A DNA stretch of 64,000 bases from Alphaproteobacteria bacterium (lineage in GTDB: Bacteria; Pseudomonadota; Alphaproteobacteria; RF32; CAG-239). A model generated the notes under the pieces. The model made no database searches. It worked only from the letters and a program-made list of their open reading frames with translations, and was not told where the DNA came from. A program made the position numbers and the translations under genes. The stretch spans positions 4,061-68,060 of the forward strand of contig JAZKXV010000028.1 in NCBI GenBank assembly GCA_045611785.1, given 5' to 3'. This document shows positions 30,574 through 40,702 of this stretch, piece after piece. The stretch's first letter is position 1, and each line of letters begins with the position of its first letter.

Positions 30574-31116
30574 TTAAAATTTAATACCAATTCCACAACC
30601 TAAAGACAGGTGTTTTGCAGAAATTAAATTAGAGTTTCGATATGGCATTATGTATGCAAGAGATAAGTTAAAATAAGTTTTTTTACTCAGATAAATATCG
30701 TATCCACAGTTTGCTTTTAGGCGCCAAGAAGATGTATAGAAACTATTTTCATCATAATCTGGCCAAGTAGATCCACCGATAAGTGCATAAAACTTATTTT
30801 TATTACCTATTGCAGGTCCGATGCACATTGAAACATAGTAAAAATGATCTTTTATTGGTTTTGTAAGGGTTTGAATATAGCTCCAGCCTATTTCAATTTC
30901 ACCTCTTACATAGCCAATATCACAACATAGTCTAGTACCTGCGATAAAAGATTTTTCTAAAAAATTGTAACTACTATGTAGTGCGCAAGAACCTTTTACT
31001 TCATTCCATGATGGCTTTTCAATATCGGAATAAGAATTTTTCCAATCAGGATATTGAGCCATAGAAAATAAAGGCGTTAAAATAAACACCAAAATTAATA
31101 CTATGAGTTTTTTCAT
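30574..31116 (-). CDS. small outer-membrane beta-barrel protein, paralog 3 (more divergent)
   Basis: Signal peptide MKKLIVLILVFILTPLFSMA. C-terminal GCGIGIKF. Confidence 0.6.
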   Translation of the reverse strand: MKKLIVLILVFILTPLFSMAQYPDWKNSYSDIEKPSWNEVKGSCALHSSYNFLEKSFIAGTRLCCDIGYVRGEIEIGWSYIQTLTKPIKDHFYYVSMCIGPAIGNKNKFYALIGGSTWPDYDENSFYTSSWRLKANCGYDIYLSKKTYFNLSLAYIMPYRNSNLISAKHLSLGCGIGIKF

Positions 31117-31181
31117 ACAATGATTTATAAGTAATTGGTAATTACTAAACAGTATAGGCTTTTTGCTAAAAAATGCAAATA

Positions 31182-31208
31182 AAAACTCGCCAATTTGGCG
31201 AGTTTTTA
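31182..31208. terminator. intrinsic terminator after aspS
   Basis: AAAACTCGCC-AATTT-GGCGAGTTTT palindrome. Confidence 0.7.
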
Positions 31209-31224
31209 TTTAAGATGTGAAAGC

Positions 31225-32991
31225 TTATTTTTCTTTTATATCAAGTTTAATATGCAATTCTTCAAGTTGTTTTTTTGTAACTGTATTAGGTGCTTGCATC
31301 ATCAAATCTTGTGCTTTACCGTTTAATGGGAAGATGATAACATCTCTGATAATCGGTTCGTCTAATAAAAGCATAATTGTTCTATCAATACCAGGAGCTG
31401 CTCCTGCGTGCGGTGGAGCACCATATTTAAATGCATTTATCATACCGCCAAATTTGTTATCAACTACAGAATTGTCGTATCCAGCAATTTCAAAAGCTTT
31501 ATACATAATTTCCGGTTTGTGATTTCTTACTGCACCGGAAGCAAGTTCTACACCATTACAGACCATATCGTACTGATATGCTAAAATATCTAAAGGATTT
31601 TTATTTAAGAGAGAATCCATTCCACCTTGAGGCATAGAGAATGGGTTGTGTGAAAATTCTACAGCGCCTGTCTCTTCGTTTTCTTCGTACATTGGAAAAT
31701 CAACAATCCAGCAAAGTTTGAAAGAATTATAATCAAACAGACCGAGTTCTTCACCAAGTTTGTTACGAACCTTTCCGGCAAATTTATTAATAACTTTTTT
31801 ATTGCCGCCCATAAACAATACAGCATCGCCTTCATTAGCCCCAAAAACAGATTTAAGTTCATTAATTTTTTCTTGGCTGAAGTATTTTGCAATACCTTTT
31901 GTACCGGCATCAGAAAATGCAATATATGCCATGCCGCCCATGTTTTCTTCTTTTGCGAATCCATCAAATTTATCAAAAAATGAACGAGGCTTATTACCGG
32001 CATTAGGAGCAACGATAGCTCTTAATTGTTCTCCATTTTGAGCTTTTGCGTCATATACGCCAAATCCGGAGTTGTTAAAGAAATCTGTTGCATCTTGAAT
32101 GATTAATGGGTTTCTTAAGTCTGGTTTATCAGAACCATATTTCAACATAGCTTCTCTAAAAGGAATGTGTATAAATGGTGCTTGGTCAACTTTTTTACCA
32201 TTAGCAAATTCATTGAAAATGCTTCCCATTGTGTGTTCAATCACTTTAAATACATCATCTTGTGTAGCAAAGCTCATTTCCATATCGAGCTGATAAAATT
32301 CTCCCGGGCTGCGGTCAGCTCTTGGGTCTTCGTCTCTGAAACATGGAGCAATTTGAAAATATCTATCAAAACCCGACACCATTAAAAGTTGTTTAAATTG
32401 TTGCGGAGCTTGAGGAAGTGCATAAAATTTTCCCGGATTAATACGTGATGGTACTAAAAAGTCGCGAGCGCCTTCTGGTGAAGATGCTGTTAAAATAGGT
32501 GTTTGATATTCTGTAAAACCTTGTTCACTCATTAATTCACGCATACGAGCAATAACTTTTGAACGTAACATAATGTTGTTGTGAATACGTTCACGTCTTA
32601 AGTCTAAGAATCGATATTTTAAGCGCAATTCTTCAGGTTCATCGCCAAGACCTGAAACCTGAATTGGTAACACGTCTGCTTCTGAATGAATTTTCATTGA
32701 TTTTACTTTTATTTCAATATCACCTGTAGGCATGTTTTTGTTAATGCTTTCACGAGCAATAACATCGCCTTCAAACTCAACAACACTTTCAATGCGAGTG
32801 TTTTCAACTTTATCAAATAAATCGGACGAAGAATCGATAACGCATTGTGTTATGCCGTAATGATCTCGTAAATCTACAAAGCATAAATTACCCAAATTAC
32901 GTTTACGATGAATCCAACCGGCAAGTTTAACAACTTTACCGATATCTGAGCTGCGGAGTTCGCCGCAGGTATGTGTCCGATATTCGTTCAT
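31225..32991 (-). CDS. aspS: aspartyl-tRNA synthetase
   Basis: 588 aa bacterial-type AspRS. OB-fold N-terminus and class II motifs (QSPQ-like, FRDED, GGGIDR-like GIDRTIM). Confidence 0.9.
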   Translation of the reverse strand: MNEYRTHTCGELRSSDIGKVVKLAGWIHRKRNLGNLCFVDLRDHYGITQCVIDSSSDLFDKVENTRIESVVEFEGDVIARESINKNMPTGDIEIKVKSMKIHSEADVLPIQVSGLGDEPEELRLKYRFLDLRRERIHNNIMLRSKVIARMRELMSEQGFTEYQTPILTASSPEGARDFLVPSRINPGKFYALPQAPQQFKQLLMVSGFDRYFQIAPCFRDEDPRADRSPGEFYQLDMEMSFATQDDVFKVIEHTMGSIFNEFANGKKVDQAPFIHIPFREAMLKYGSDKPDLRNPLIIQDATDFFNNSGFGVYDAKAQNGEQLRAIVAPNAGNKPRSFFDKFDGFAKEENMGGMAYIAFSDAGTKGIAKYFSQEKINELKSVFGANEGDAVLFMGGNKKVINKFAGKVRNKLGEELGLFDYNSFKLCWIVDFPMYEENEETGAVEFSHNPFSMPQGGMDSLLNKNPLDILAYQYDMVCNGVELASGAVRNHKPEIMYKAFEIAGYDNSVVDNKFGGMINAFKYGAPPHAGAAPGIDRTIMLLLDEPIIRDVIIFPLNGKAQDLMMQAPNTVTKKQLEELHIKLDIKEK

Positions 32992-33129
32992 TTTTACCTC
33001 TGAAATATTAAATTTTTAACCATATAAATTGATAGAGCATTCTTTAACTAAAAGCAATATTAAAATTAAAAAAAAATTAAGCAATGTAAGCTAGATTAAA
33101 AGTTCAAATAATTGTAGGTGGAATTTATC

Positions 33130-34296
33130 ATGAGAATCGTTGAAAAAACTGAAGATTTAATAGTTTTATGTAAAGTGCTTAATAAGCAAAAATTTATTAC
33201 GGTGGACACAGAGTTTGTAAGAGAAAAAACTTATTTTCCTCAAGTGTGTTTAATTCAAGTGGGTTGGACTGATGATGCCGCAATTATAGATCCTATGGTA
33301 AAGGATATTGATTTAAGTGCGTTTTTTGAGGTTTTAACCAATAAAAAAGTTTTAAAAGTTTTTCATTCAGGCAGACAAGATATTGAAATTTTTTATAACT
33401 TATCAGGCAAAATTCCGGTACCGGTTTTTGATACTCAAATTGCGGCAATGGCATGTGGTTTTGGTTTGACTGTCGGGTATGATACATTAGTTCATTTAAT
33501 TACCGGTGTTGAGCTTGATAAATCCAGCAGATTGACCGATTGGACTAAGAGACCGTTACAAACAAAACAGCTTGAATATGCTTTAAGAGATGTAACGTTT
33601 TTAATTCCGTGCTATGAACATTTAGATAAATATTTAAGAGAAAATAATAGAACAGATTGGATAGAAGAAGAAACTCAATATTTGTTAAATGAAGATTTGT
33701 ATCGTCCGCAGCCTGAAAATATGTGGTTGCGTATTAAACACTCTGCTCATAGTTTGCAATTTTTAACAATTTTAAAAGAATTAGCTGCGTGGCGTGAGGA
33801 GCGTGCTATAAAATATAATATTCCGAGAAAAACTATAATTAAAGATGAGATGCTGGTTAATATTGCTGCATCTGCACCTCAAAGTATGGAAGAATTGGCA
33901 GATGTAAGATACATTAAATCGGACATAGTAAAAGGGAAATTAGGTAAAGAAATTGTAGATATTGTTAATATGGCTCTTGAAAAGCCAACTGATAAAAATT
34001 TGAAAAAAATTGAAAAAGAAAGACACGTTAATGTTCCAAGAAGTGCGATGGCTTTGTTGGAAATTTTAAAGTTGATATTAAAGATTGTAAGCGAACAAAA
34101 TCATGTTGTAGATTTTCTAATTGCAGATGACCAAAATTTAAGGGATATAGCCTGCGGAAACAATGATAAAACAAATCCGGCACTAAAAGGTTGGAGATAT
34201 GATGTTTTTGGTAAGCATGCTTTAAATTTTAGAAAAGGAAAATCAAGCATTGTTTATGATAGTGTTGAAAAAAAGATTGTTTTTGAAGAAAAGTAA
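33130..34296 (+). CDS. rnd: ribonuclease D
   Basis: DEDDy exonuclease motifs (VDTEF...). HRDC-like C-terminal region. The ATG at 33130 is preferred over the GTG at 33118. Confidence 0.75.
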   Translation: MRIVEKTEDLIVLCKVLNKQKFITVDTEFVREKTYFPQVCLIQVGWTDDAAIIDPMVKDIDLSAFFEVLTNKKVLKVFHSGRQDIEIFYNLSGKIPVPVFDTQIAAMACGFGLTVGYDTLVHLITGVELDKSSRLTDWTKRPLQTKQLEYALRDVTFLIPCYEHLDKYLRENNRTDWIEEETQYLLNEDLYRPQPENMWLRIKHSAHSLQFLTILKELAAWREERAIKYNIPRKTIIKDEMLVNIAASAPQSMEELADVRYIKSDIVKGKLGKEIVDIVNMALEKPTDKNLKKIEKERHVNVPRSAMALLEILKLILKIVSEQNHVVDFLIADDQNLRDIACGNNDKTNPALKGWRYDVFGKHALNFRKGKSSIVYDSVEKKIVFEEK

Positions 34297-34299
34297 AAT

Positions 34300-34330
34300 A
34301 AAAAGCCCTTGTTCCAGACAAGGGCTAAAA
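34300..34330 (-). terminator. intrinsic terminator after the cold-shock gene
   Basis: AGCCCTTG-TTCCAGAC-AAGGGCT followed by a T run on the minus strand. Confidence 0.65.
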
Positions 34331-34332
34331 TG

Positions 34333-34536
34333 TTATAAAATCTCAATATTTCCGGCAGCAATGCGCCCTCTATCATCATATGTTTCATAACTTACTTTTT
34401 GACCATCAAATAACTTTCTGATGCCTTTTTCTTCCAATTTTGTAACATGAACAAAAATATCTTTTCCTCCGGTTTCAGGTTGAATAAAACCATAACCTTT
34501 TTTGCTGTTGAACCATTTTACAGTTCCTGTAGACAT
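34333..34536 (-). CDS. cspA: cold-shock protein (CspA family)
   Basis: MSTGTVKWFNSKKGYGFI RNP1/RNP2 motifs. About 140-nt 5-prime leader upstream. Confidence 0.9.
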   Translation of the reverse strand: MSTGTVKWFNSKKGYGFIQPETGGKDIFVHVTKLEEKGIRKLFDGQKVSYETYDDRGRIAAGNIEIL

Positions 34537-34683
34537 TATCAATCCTTTCTTATTAGTTAGTTTAAATAAAATTATGTAGACTGATAGGCTGTCTACGTAT
34601 AGTCACATTTGCTATAATAAGAGTAGAAAAAGAAAAGTCAAGTATAAATAAGTGTTTTTTTATTAATACAACCAAAAGTTGCA

Positions 34684-35046
34684 TTAAAATAATTTATATT
34701 TTTTCATTTCAGATTGTATGAAACTAACTCTATCGGTTCTTTTTTTGTTGTTATTACAATATGTTGTTAAGATATTATATATATCATCTTTGTATTTGGG
34801 CATATTTTTGGAAATTATGCACAAATAATATACAGCTGCTTCAAACACCTCTGTTTTTTCATTAAGTAATTGGTAGCTTACTTGCAAATAAGGTGGTGTG
34901 AAAGTTTTTTCATATTCGTTAAGCGAATTAAAATAATCTTGTTTTTGTATGGCAACTGCTATTTTAGGAGTAATGTTTTCAGCCGGTTGTTTACCGATGA
35001 GTGATCTGAAAAATTCAGTGATGAAAAAATTGGCATTCTTAAACAT
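34684..35046 (-). CDS. hypothetical protein (120 aa)
   Basis: AAGGAG Shine-Dalgarno 6 nt upstream of the ATG. No recognisable motif. Confidence 0.4.
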   Translation of the reverse strand: MFKNANFFITEFFRSLIGKQPAENITPKIAVAIQKQDYFNSLNEYEKTFTPPYLQVSYQLLNEKTEVFEAAVYYLCIISKNMPKYKDDIYNILTTYCNNNKKRTDRVSFIQSEMKKYKLF

Positions 35047-35161
35047 TTAAAACTCCTTTTAATTAACAAAAATATAGTAATATATTTTTACAAAAAAAGA
35101 TATTAAAAAATGTTTGACTTATGCAATAAAAAAGCGTAAAGATTTCGTAAATAAAGATTGT

Positions 35162-35235
35162 TGCTTGATCGTCTAATGGTAGGACAGCGGACTCTGACTC
35201 CGTTAATCTTGGTTCGAATCCAGGTCAAGCAGCCA
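35162..35235 (+). tRNA. tRNA-Gln (anticodon CTG), CCA encoded
   Basis: Manual cloverleaf: acceptor TGCTTGA/TCAAGCA, D-stem GTCT/GGAC, anticodon stem GCGGA/TCCGT with loop CTCTGAC, T-arm CTTGG-TTCGAAT-CCAGG. Confidence 0.85.
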
Positions 35236-35239
35236 CAAA

Positions 35240-35267
35240 AAAGCCTCCCGAACAGGGAGGTTTTTTA
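35240..35267 (+). terminator. intrinsic terminator after tRNA-Gln
   Basis: CCTCCC-GAACA-GGGAGG followed by TTTTTT. Confidence 0.75.
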
Positions 35268-35685
35268 TAAAATGCGGTGCTTAAGCAAAAGAAAATAATC
35301 AGATGGTATCGGTATATCTGAATTCGGGTGTGCTAAAAGGTTTGTGTGTTGTTAGTCCTAATGATATGGCAGATGATAAAGAACATGCAATGTCTAAATT
35401 TAATCAATACGTAAAAACAAGATAGATTTCATTTTGATAAACTGATTGAAATACAAAAGTTAGAATAAAAGCAAATGTATAAAATAAATCTTAGTGTTTC
35501 AAAAGAGTTATTTAAAAAAGATTTTTTTATTGGAATTCGGAATAATTTATAATATATGGTCCGCTTAATTTAAATTATTTTGAATATCTTGTGTGTATTT
35601 TCATAGTTTTACCGATAATAATATTTTTTATAAATATAACGTGCATTACATTGCTTGAATTTAATAACTTTTAAATGCTAAAAGT

Positions 35686-35940
35686 ATGGAAAACAATTTT
35701 TTACAAACAATAAACAGTAGGTTTAGAGTGTGTCTTGTAACCGAAGAATTGGTTTTGTTATCAAACAGATTGTCAGTTGCTGCGGCTACTATTGATAACA
35801 ATACTTTGGATGATGAGGCAAAGCGTGCTCTTGTGCATGAGTTGAGAATCATCAGAAGTGAATACATTAAATCCGAATACCCGCTTAAATGGGAGGTGTT
35901 CCGATTGTTGTGCCAGATGGAATCTGCCGTTCGAAAGTAA
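35686..35940 (+). CDS. hypothetical small protein (84 aa)
   Basis: The ORF is followed 12 nt later by a strong terminator. Weak Shine-Dalgarno. Confidence 0.35.
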   Translation: MENNFLQTINSRFRVCLVTEELVLLSNRLSVAAATIDNNTLDDEAKRALVHELRIIRSEYIKSEYPLKWEVFRLLCQMESAVRK

Positions 35941-35951
35941 GAATGGTTATA

Positions 35952-35985
35952 AAATCCTGTCGAAAGACAGGATTTTTTTTGTTTT
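35952..35985 (+). terminator. intrinsic terminator
   Basis: ATCCTGTC-GAAA-GACAGGAT followed by TTTTTTTT. Confidence 0.75.
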
Positions 35986-36097
35986 TATATCTGTAACAAA
36001 TTATTCAAAGCTGTTTTTTTATTGCAAACAAATAAAAACTTGACAGTAGTGGCAATTAGCAATAATTTAACGGATAAAATAAATTTGGAGAATATAA

Positions 36098-38692
36098 ATG
36101 TCGTATAAAGAAAATAATACCCTTGATAATCGTATAAATTTTTCTGAAATTGAAAATAACTGTAAAAAATATTGGGAAGAAAGCAATGTGTATCGTTATG
36201 ATAACACAAGAACAAGAGAGGAAACTTTTATCGTTGATACACCGCCTCCAACAGTTTCCGGTTCGTTACATATAGGACATATTTTTAGTTATACGCAAAC
36301 AGATGTGATTGCCAGATATCAACGCATGAGTGGCAAAACGGTTTTATATCCGATTGGTTGGGATGATAACGGTTTACCTACAGAACGCAGAGTACAAAAC
36401 TACTATAATATATCTTGCAATCCGTTAGTATCATATGATGAAAACTTTAAACCTGAACATGTCGAAAATGATAAATCTCCTCGTAAAGAGATTTCTCGTA
36501 AGAATTTTATTGATGCTTGCGAACTTTTAACAGAAGCGGATGAAGGAGTTTTTGAAAATGTTTTTAAAAATATCGGTCACTCATATGATTGGAATATAAA
36601 ATATTCAACAATCAGTCCAGATTCTATACGTGTAGCTCAAGAATCTTTTATAGATTTGTATAACAAGGGTTATGTTTCTTCTGTAGAATCTCCTACTATG
36701 TGGGATGTTACATTTCAATCTGCAGTAGCTCAAGCAGAAATTGAAGATAAAGAAGTTGCAGGATTTTTCCATGACATTAAATTTAAGATAGAAGGCACTG
36801 ATGATAATGTAATTATTGCTACAACAAGACCGGAGTTTTTACCTGCTTGTATAGCTATTGTAGCACATCCAGATGATGAACGTTATAAAGCTTATTTTGG
36901 TAAAAAAGCTATAGTTCCATTGTTTGAAACACCTGTTGAAATAGTACCATCTGAGCATGCGGAAAAAGATAAAGGCACAGGTATTATGATGGTATGTACA
37001 TTTGGTGATGCTGCCGACGTAGCATGGTGGAAAACATCTGGTTTACCATTGAAACAAATTATCGGTCAAAACGGATGTTTGTTAGATGTTGAATTTGGCA
37101 AAGGTGCGTTTGTATCTAATAATCCTGAAGCTGCAAATCAATATTACGGACAATTAGTTGGTTTAACTACCAAAAAAGCTCGTGAAAGAATAGTTGAACT
37201 CTTAAAAGAAAATAATTACTTAAATTGTGATCCTCGTCCAATTACTCATATGGTGAAATTTTACGAAAAAGGAAACTTGCCTATTGAGTTTGTTACATCA
37301 AGACAATGGTTTGTTAAATTGTTAGATAAAAAAGAAGAAATGCTAGAAGCTGGTCGCCAAATTAAGTGGAAACCTCATTATATGCAACACAGATATGAAG
37401 AATGGGTAAAAGGATTAAATCAGGATTGGTGCATATCTCGTCAACGCTTCTTCGGTGTACCATTCCCTGTTTGGTATAAAATTGATGAAAAAGGCAATGT
37501 CGATTATAATTCTCCTATCGTTGCAGAATTATCTCAATTGCCGGTTGACCCTATGGTTGATGTTCCAAACGGATATGATGAATCAAGCAGAGGTAAACCA
37601 AACGGATTTGTTGGAGATAAAGACGTTATGGACACTTGGGCAACATCTGCTTTAACTCCGCAAATTGCTCTTGATGTTGTAAAAAATGATGCATTAAAAA
37701 TTCCGTTTGATATTAGACCTCAAGCGCATGATATTATCAGAACATGGGCATTTTATACTATTGCTAAAGCTGTTATGCATAGTAAAACCATTCCATGGAA
37801 AGAAATTTTAATCAGTGGTTTTATTTTAGACCCTGATCGTAAAAAAATGTCAAAATCAAAAGGGAATGTGGTTACTCCTCAACATTTAATAGATAACTAT
37901 GGCGCAGACTCTGTCAGATATTGGGCAGCAAGAGCCAGATTAGGTATAGATACAGCTTTTGAAGAGCAGATTATGGCTCAAGGTAAAAAGCTTGTAAACA
38001 AAATATTTAACGCAAGTAAGTTTGTTTTCAGTATGGTGGAAAATAGCAAATTAAAAGGTGTTGAAAGCTATGAAAGCTACATAACCAATCCTATGGATAT
38101 ATCATGGTTAAGCAAGCTTGATGCAACAATTAAACAAGCTACCGAAAACTTAAATTTATATGATTATGCTGCGGCTTTAGAATTGATAGAAAAACGTTTT
38201 TGGGATTTTTGCGATTACTACTTGGAAATTGTTAAGAAAAGAGCATATTCAGAAACAGATACATCAGCTGTTGCAAGCTTGATGAAAACAATTGATATAT
38301 TCTTGAAATTGTTTGCTCCATTCTGTCCGTTTATTACTGAAGAAATATATCAGTGCAGACCGTGGGGAGAATGTAATACCTCTTTACATGGAACATTGTG
38401 GCCATCAAGAATAGATATGCAAAATGTTAATGAAGACACCGGTACTTTATATGATTTAACATCAGTAATTGCTGCAGAAATAAGAAAAGCAAAAACAAGT
38501 GCAAACACTTCACAAAGAACCGCTGTTTCTAAGATAGAAATTGGAGCTTCTTTAAGTCAACAGAAAGTATTGGAACAAGGTTTAGAAGATATAATTAATG
38601 TTGGTAACTTATCAGTGTCTGCAATTGAATTTAAGGAAACAGCAGAGTTATCTATTGGAGAAATTGTTCTCGATTTGCAATCTGTTGCTTAA
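36098..38692 (+). CDS. valS: valyl-tRNA synthetase (archaeal-like type, as in Rickettsiales)
   Basis: TPPPTVSGSLHIGH (class I HIGH), KMSKSKGN, ValRS-type CP1 and anticodon-binding regions. Compact at 864 aa. Confidence 0.85.
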   Translation: MSYKENNTLDNRINFSEIENNCKKYWEESNVYRYDNTRTREETFIVDTPPPTVSGSLHIGHIFSYTQTDVIARYQRMSGKTVLYPIGWDDNGLPTERRVQNYYNISCNPLVSYDENFKPEHVENDKSPRKEISRKNFIDACELLTEADEGVFENVFKNIGHSYDWNIKYSTISPDSIRVAQESFIDLYNKGYVSSVESPTMWDVTFQSAVAQAEIEDKEVAGFFHDIKFKIEGTDDNVIIATTRPEFLPACIAIVAHPDDERYKAYFGKKAIVPLFETPVEIVPSEHAEKDKGTGIMMVCTFGDAADVAWWKTSGLPLKQIIGQNGCLLDVEFGKGAFVSNNPEAANQYYGQLVGLTTKKARERIVELLKENNYLNCDPRPITHMVKFYEKGNLPIEFVTSRQWFVKLLDKKEEMLEAGRQIKWKPHYMQHRYEEWVKGLNQDWCISRQRFFGVPFPVWYKIDEKGNVDYNSPIVAELSQLPVDPMVDVPNGYDESSRGKPNGFVGDKDVMDTWATSALTPQIALDVVKNDALKIPFDIRPQAHDIIRTWAFYTIAKAVMHSKTIPWKEILISGFILDPDRKKMSKSKGNVVTPQHLIDNYGADSVRYWAARARLGIDTAFEEQIMAQGKKLVNKIFNASKFVFSMVENSKLKGVESYESYITNPMDISWLSKLDATIKQATENLNLYDYAAALELIEKRFWDFCDYYLEIVKKRAYSETDTSAVASLMKTIDIFLKLFAPFCPFITEEIYQCRPWGECNTSLHGTLWPSRIDMQNVNEDTGTLYDLTSVIAAEIRKAKTSANTSQRTAVSKIEIGASLSQQKVLEQGLEDIINVGNLSVSAIEFKETAELSIGEIVLDLQSVA

Positions 38693-38715
38693 AACAAAGT
38701 CTTATATAAGCAACA

Positions 38716-38746
38716 AAAAGCTCCGCGGTAAATGTGGAGCTTTTTG
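38716..38746 (+). terminator. intrinsic terminator after valS
   Basis: AAAAGCTCCGC-GGTAAAT-GTGGAGCTTTTT. Confidence 0.7.
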
Positions 38747-38837
38747 TTTGTCAATTTGATATAAAGATAATGCAATATACTACGCTTGTTTTTTTAAAGC
38801 TTATAATTATTTTTATTATAAATTTAATAAAAAGAGG

Positions 38838-39941
38838 TTGGGTTTGTTCGATATAAGGTTTGATAAAACAAAGGCAGAAATGCAAATTTTATTTAAAGGA
38901 GATTTTATAAGGTTTGAGGCCGAAAATAATATCGAACTCTCTAAGGTTAAATTTATAAAAATAAATGGAGAAGAAATTCGTAAATGGGACTCTTCTTTAT
39001 TGTTAATCTTATTTAAAATAGAAAAAGATGCGGCTCGCTATAAAATAAAAATCATATATGAAAAAATGCCGGAAGGTCTAATGAATATGTTAAAATCAGC
39101 ATTATCTGTGCTTGAGCATATTGATTATAAACCTGTGGTAAAAACACCCGGTTTTTTAGAAGAAATAGGTGGTTTCGGATTACGTATGTGGCAAAAAATA
39201 TATAAGGTTTTGCTTTTTATAAGCGAAAGTTTTTCTGCCTTATGGTTATTTATGTTAGGAAAAAGCGCTGCAAGAAAAACAGATTTTATGTTGCTTGTTG
39301 AAGATTGCGGACCGAATTCAATGAATATTGTTGCTTTAATAAGTTTTATGGTCGGTTTGATTTTAGCCTTTGTCAGCGCAATACAATTAAAAACATTTGG
39401 AGCTCAAATTTTTGTTGCCGATTTAGTTACAATCGGAATGTTGCGTATTATAGGTGCAATTATGGTCGGTATTATTATGTCAGGCAAAATCTGTGCTTCG
39501 TTTGCAGCTTCGATCGCCACAATGCAACTTAATGAAGAAATAGATGCGTTAAAAACTATGGGAATATCAAGAGCTGAATTTTTGATTGCACCTCGTATAG
39601 TTGCAATCATAACTACAATACCTTTTTTAACTATGTGGGCAGATTTTTTTGGAATTTTAGGCGGTTTGTTTGTAGGTGTTGTTGCATTGGATATTTCAGC
39701 CGGTGAATATTTAAATAGGTTTTATGTAGCGTGGACTATGAAAAATTTTTGGATAGGGGTTTTTCATGGATTTGTTTATGGTTTTATAATAGCCTTATGT
39801 GGTTGCTATTATGGTGTTAATTCTTTAAAAAATTCCAGAGGAGTTGGAGAAGCTACTACACAAGCTGTTGTTTCGGCAATTGTTTGGCTTATTGTTGTTA
39901 CATCTTTAATTACATTTGTTTTTGAAAGTATCAGATTATGA
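38838..39941 (+). CDS. mlaE: MlaE-family ABC permease with an N-terminal ~110-aa STAS/MlaB-like extension
   Basis: C-terminal ~255 aa is a typical MlaE permease (5 TM). N-terminal soluble domain. TTG start (38838 or 38844) after AGAGG. Confidence 0.7.
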   Translation: MGLFDIRFDKTKAEMQILFKGDFIRFEAENNIELSKVKFIKINGEEIRKWDSSLLLILFKIEKDAARYKIKIIYEKMPEGLMNMLKSALSVLEHIDYKPVVKTPGFLEEIGGFGLRMWQKIYKVLLFISESFSALWLFMLGKSAARKTDFMLLVEDCGPNSMNIVALISFMVGLILAFVSAIQLKTFGAQIFVADLVTIGMLRIIGAIMVGIIMSGKICASFAASIATMQLNEEIDALKTMGISRAEFLIAPRIVAIITTIPFLTMWADFFGILGGLFVGVVALDISAGEYLNRFYVAWTMKNFWIGVFHGFVYGFIIALCGCYYGVNSLKNSRGVGEATTQAVVSAIVWLIVVTSLITFVFESIRL

Positions 39942-40702
39942 TCAAAGATAAGGTAAGGGTGAAAAATTTAAGTATAGGATATGATAACAACATTTTAATA
40001 AAAAATGCCGATTTCGTAATCAAAGAAAGAGATGTTTTTATAATAATGGGTGCATCAGGATGTGGAAAAAGTACACTGTTAAAAGTGTTGATAGGTTTGA
40101 TGAAACCACATAAAGGGCAAATTTTTATTGATGGTATAAATTATATACAAGCCCAAGAAAAAGATAAAATCGAGATTATGAAAAAAATAGGTGTTTTATA
40201 TCAAAGCGGAGGACTTTTTTCTTCAATGACTTTGGAAGAAAATATAGCTCTGCCTTTGCAAAGATATACATTATATTCTGAAAAAAACATAAAAGATTTA
40301 GTAAGTTTGAAATTGGCTCTTGTCGGATTAGCCGGATACAACGATTATTATCCGTCTGAAATTAGCGGTGGAATGAAAAAAAGAGCAGGGCTGGCTAGAG
40401 CGCTTTCTTTAGATCCTGAAATAGTTTATTTTGATGAGCCGACAGCAGGTCTTGATCCGTTAACCTCAGCAAAAATTGATGAGCTGATATTAAATATAAA
40501 CCAGAATCTTAAAACCACATTAGTGCTTGTTACACATGAATTGTCTTCAATTTTTTCTATCGGTTCAAATTCTGTTTTTATTGATGCACAAGCAAAATCA
40601 ATTATAGCAAAAGGAAGGCCAACAGATTTATTAAGAAATCCGCCAAATGAAACGGTGTTCAATTTTTTAACAAGGGGTAGAAGAAATGAAAAAAATCCCT
40701 AA
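39938..40702 (+). CDS. mlaF: ABC transporter ATP-binding protein (MlaF-like)
   Basis: Walker A GASGCGKST, signature ISGGMKKR, Walker B VYFDEP. ATGA overlap with mlaE. Confidence 0.85.
   Translation: MIKDKVRVKNLSIGYDNNILIKNADFVIKERDVFIIMGASGCGKSTLLKVLIGLMKPHKGQIFIDGINYIQAQEKDKIEIMKKIGVLYQSGGLFSSMTLEENIALPLQRYTLYSEKNIKDLVSLKLALVGLAGYNDYYPSEISGGMKKRAGLARALSLDPEIVYFDEPTAGLDPLTSAKIDELILNINQNLKTTLVLVTHELSSIFSIGSNSVFIDAQAKSIIAKGRPTDLLRNPPNETVFNFLTRGRRNEKNP

Noticed and set aside
31659-32385. ORFs on both strands overlapping aspS
   Set aside because: They overlap a confidently identified, full-length aspS. No independent support.
35281-35440. Possible ncRNA (SRP RNA/6S/tmRNA) downstream of tRNA-Gln
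   Set aside because: No conserved SRP, tmRNA or RNase P motifs are recognisable. There is only a 19-codon ORF. It is left unannotated.
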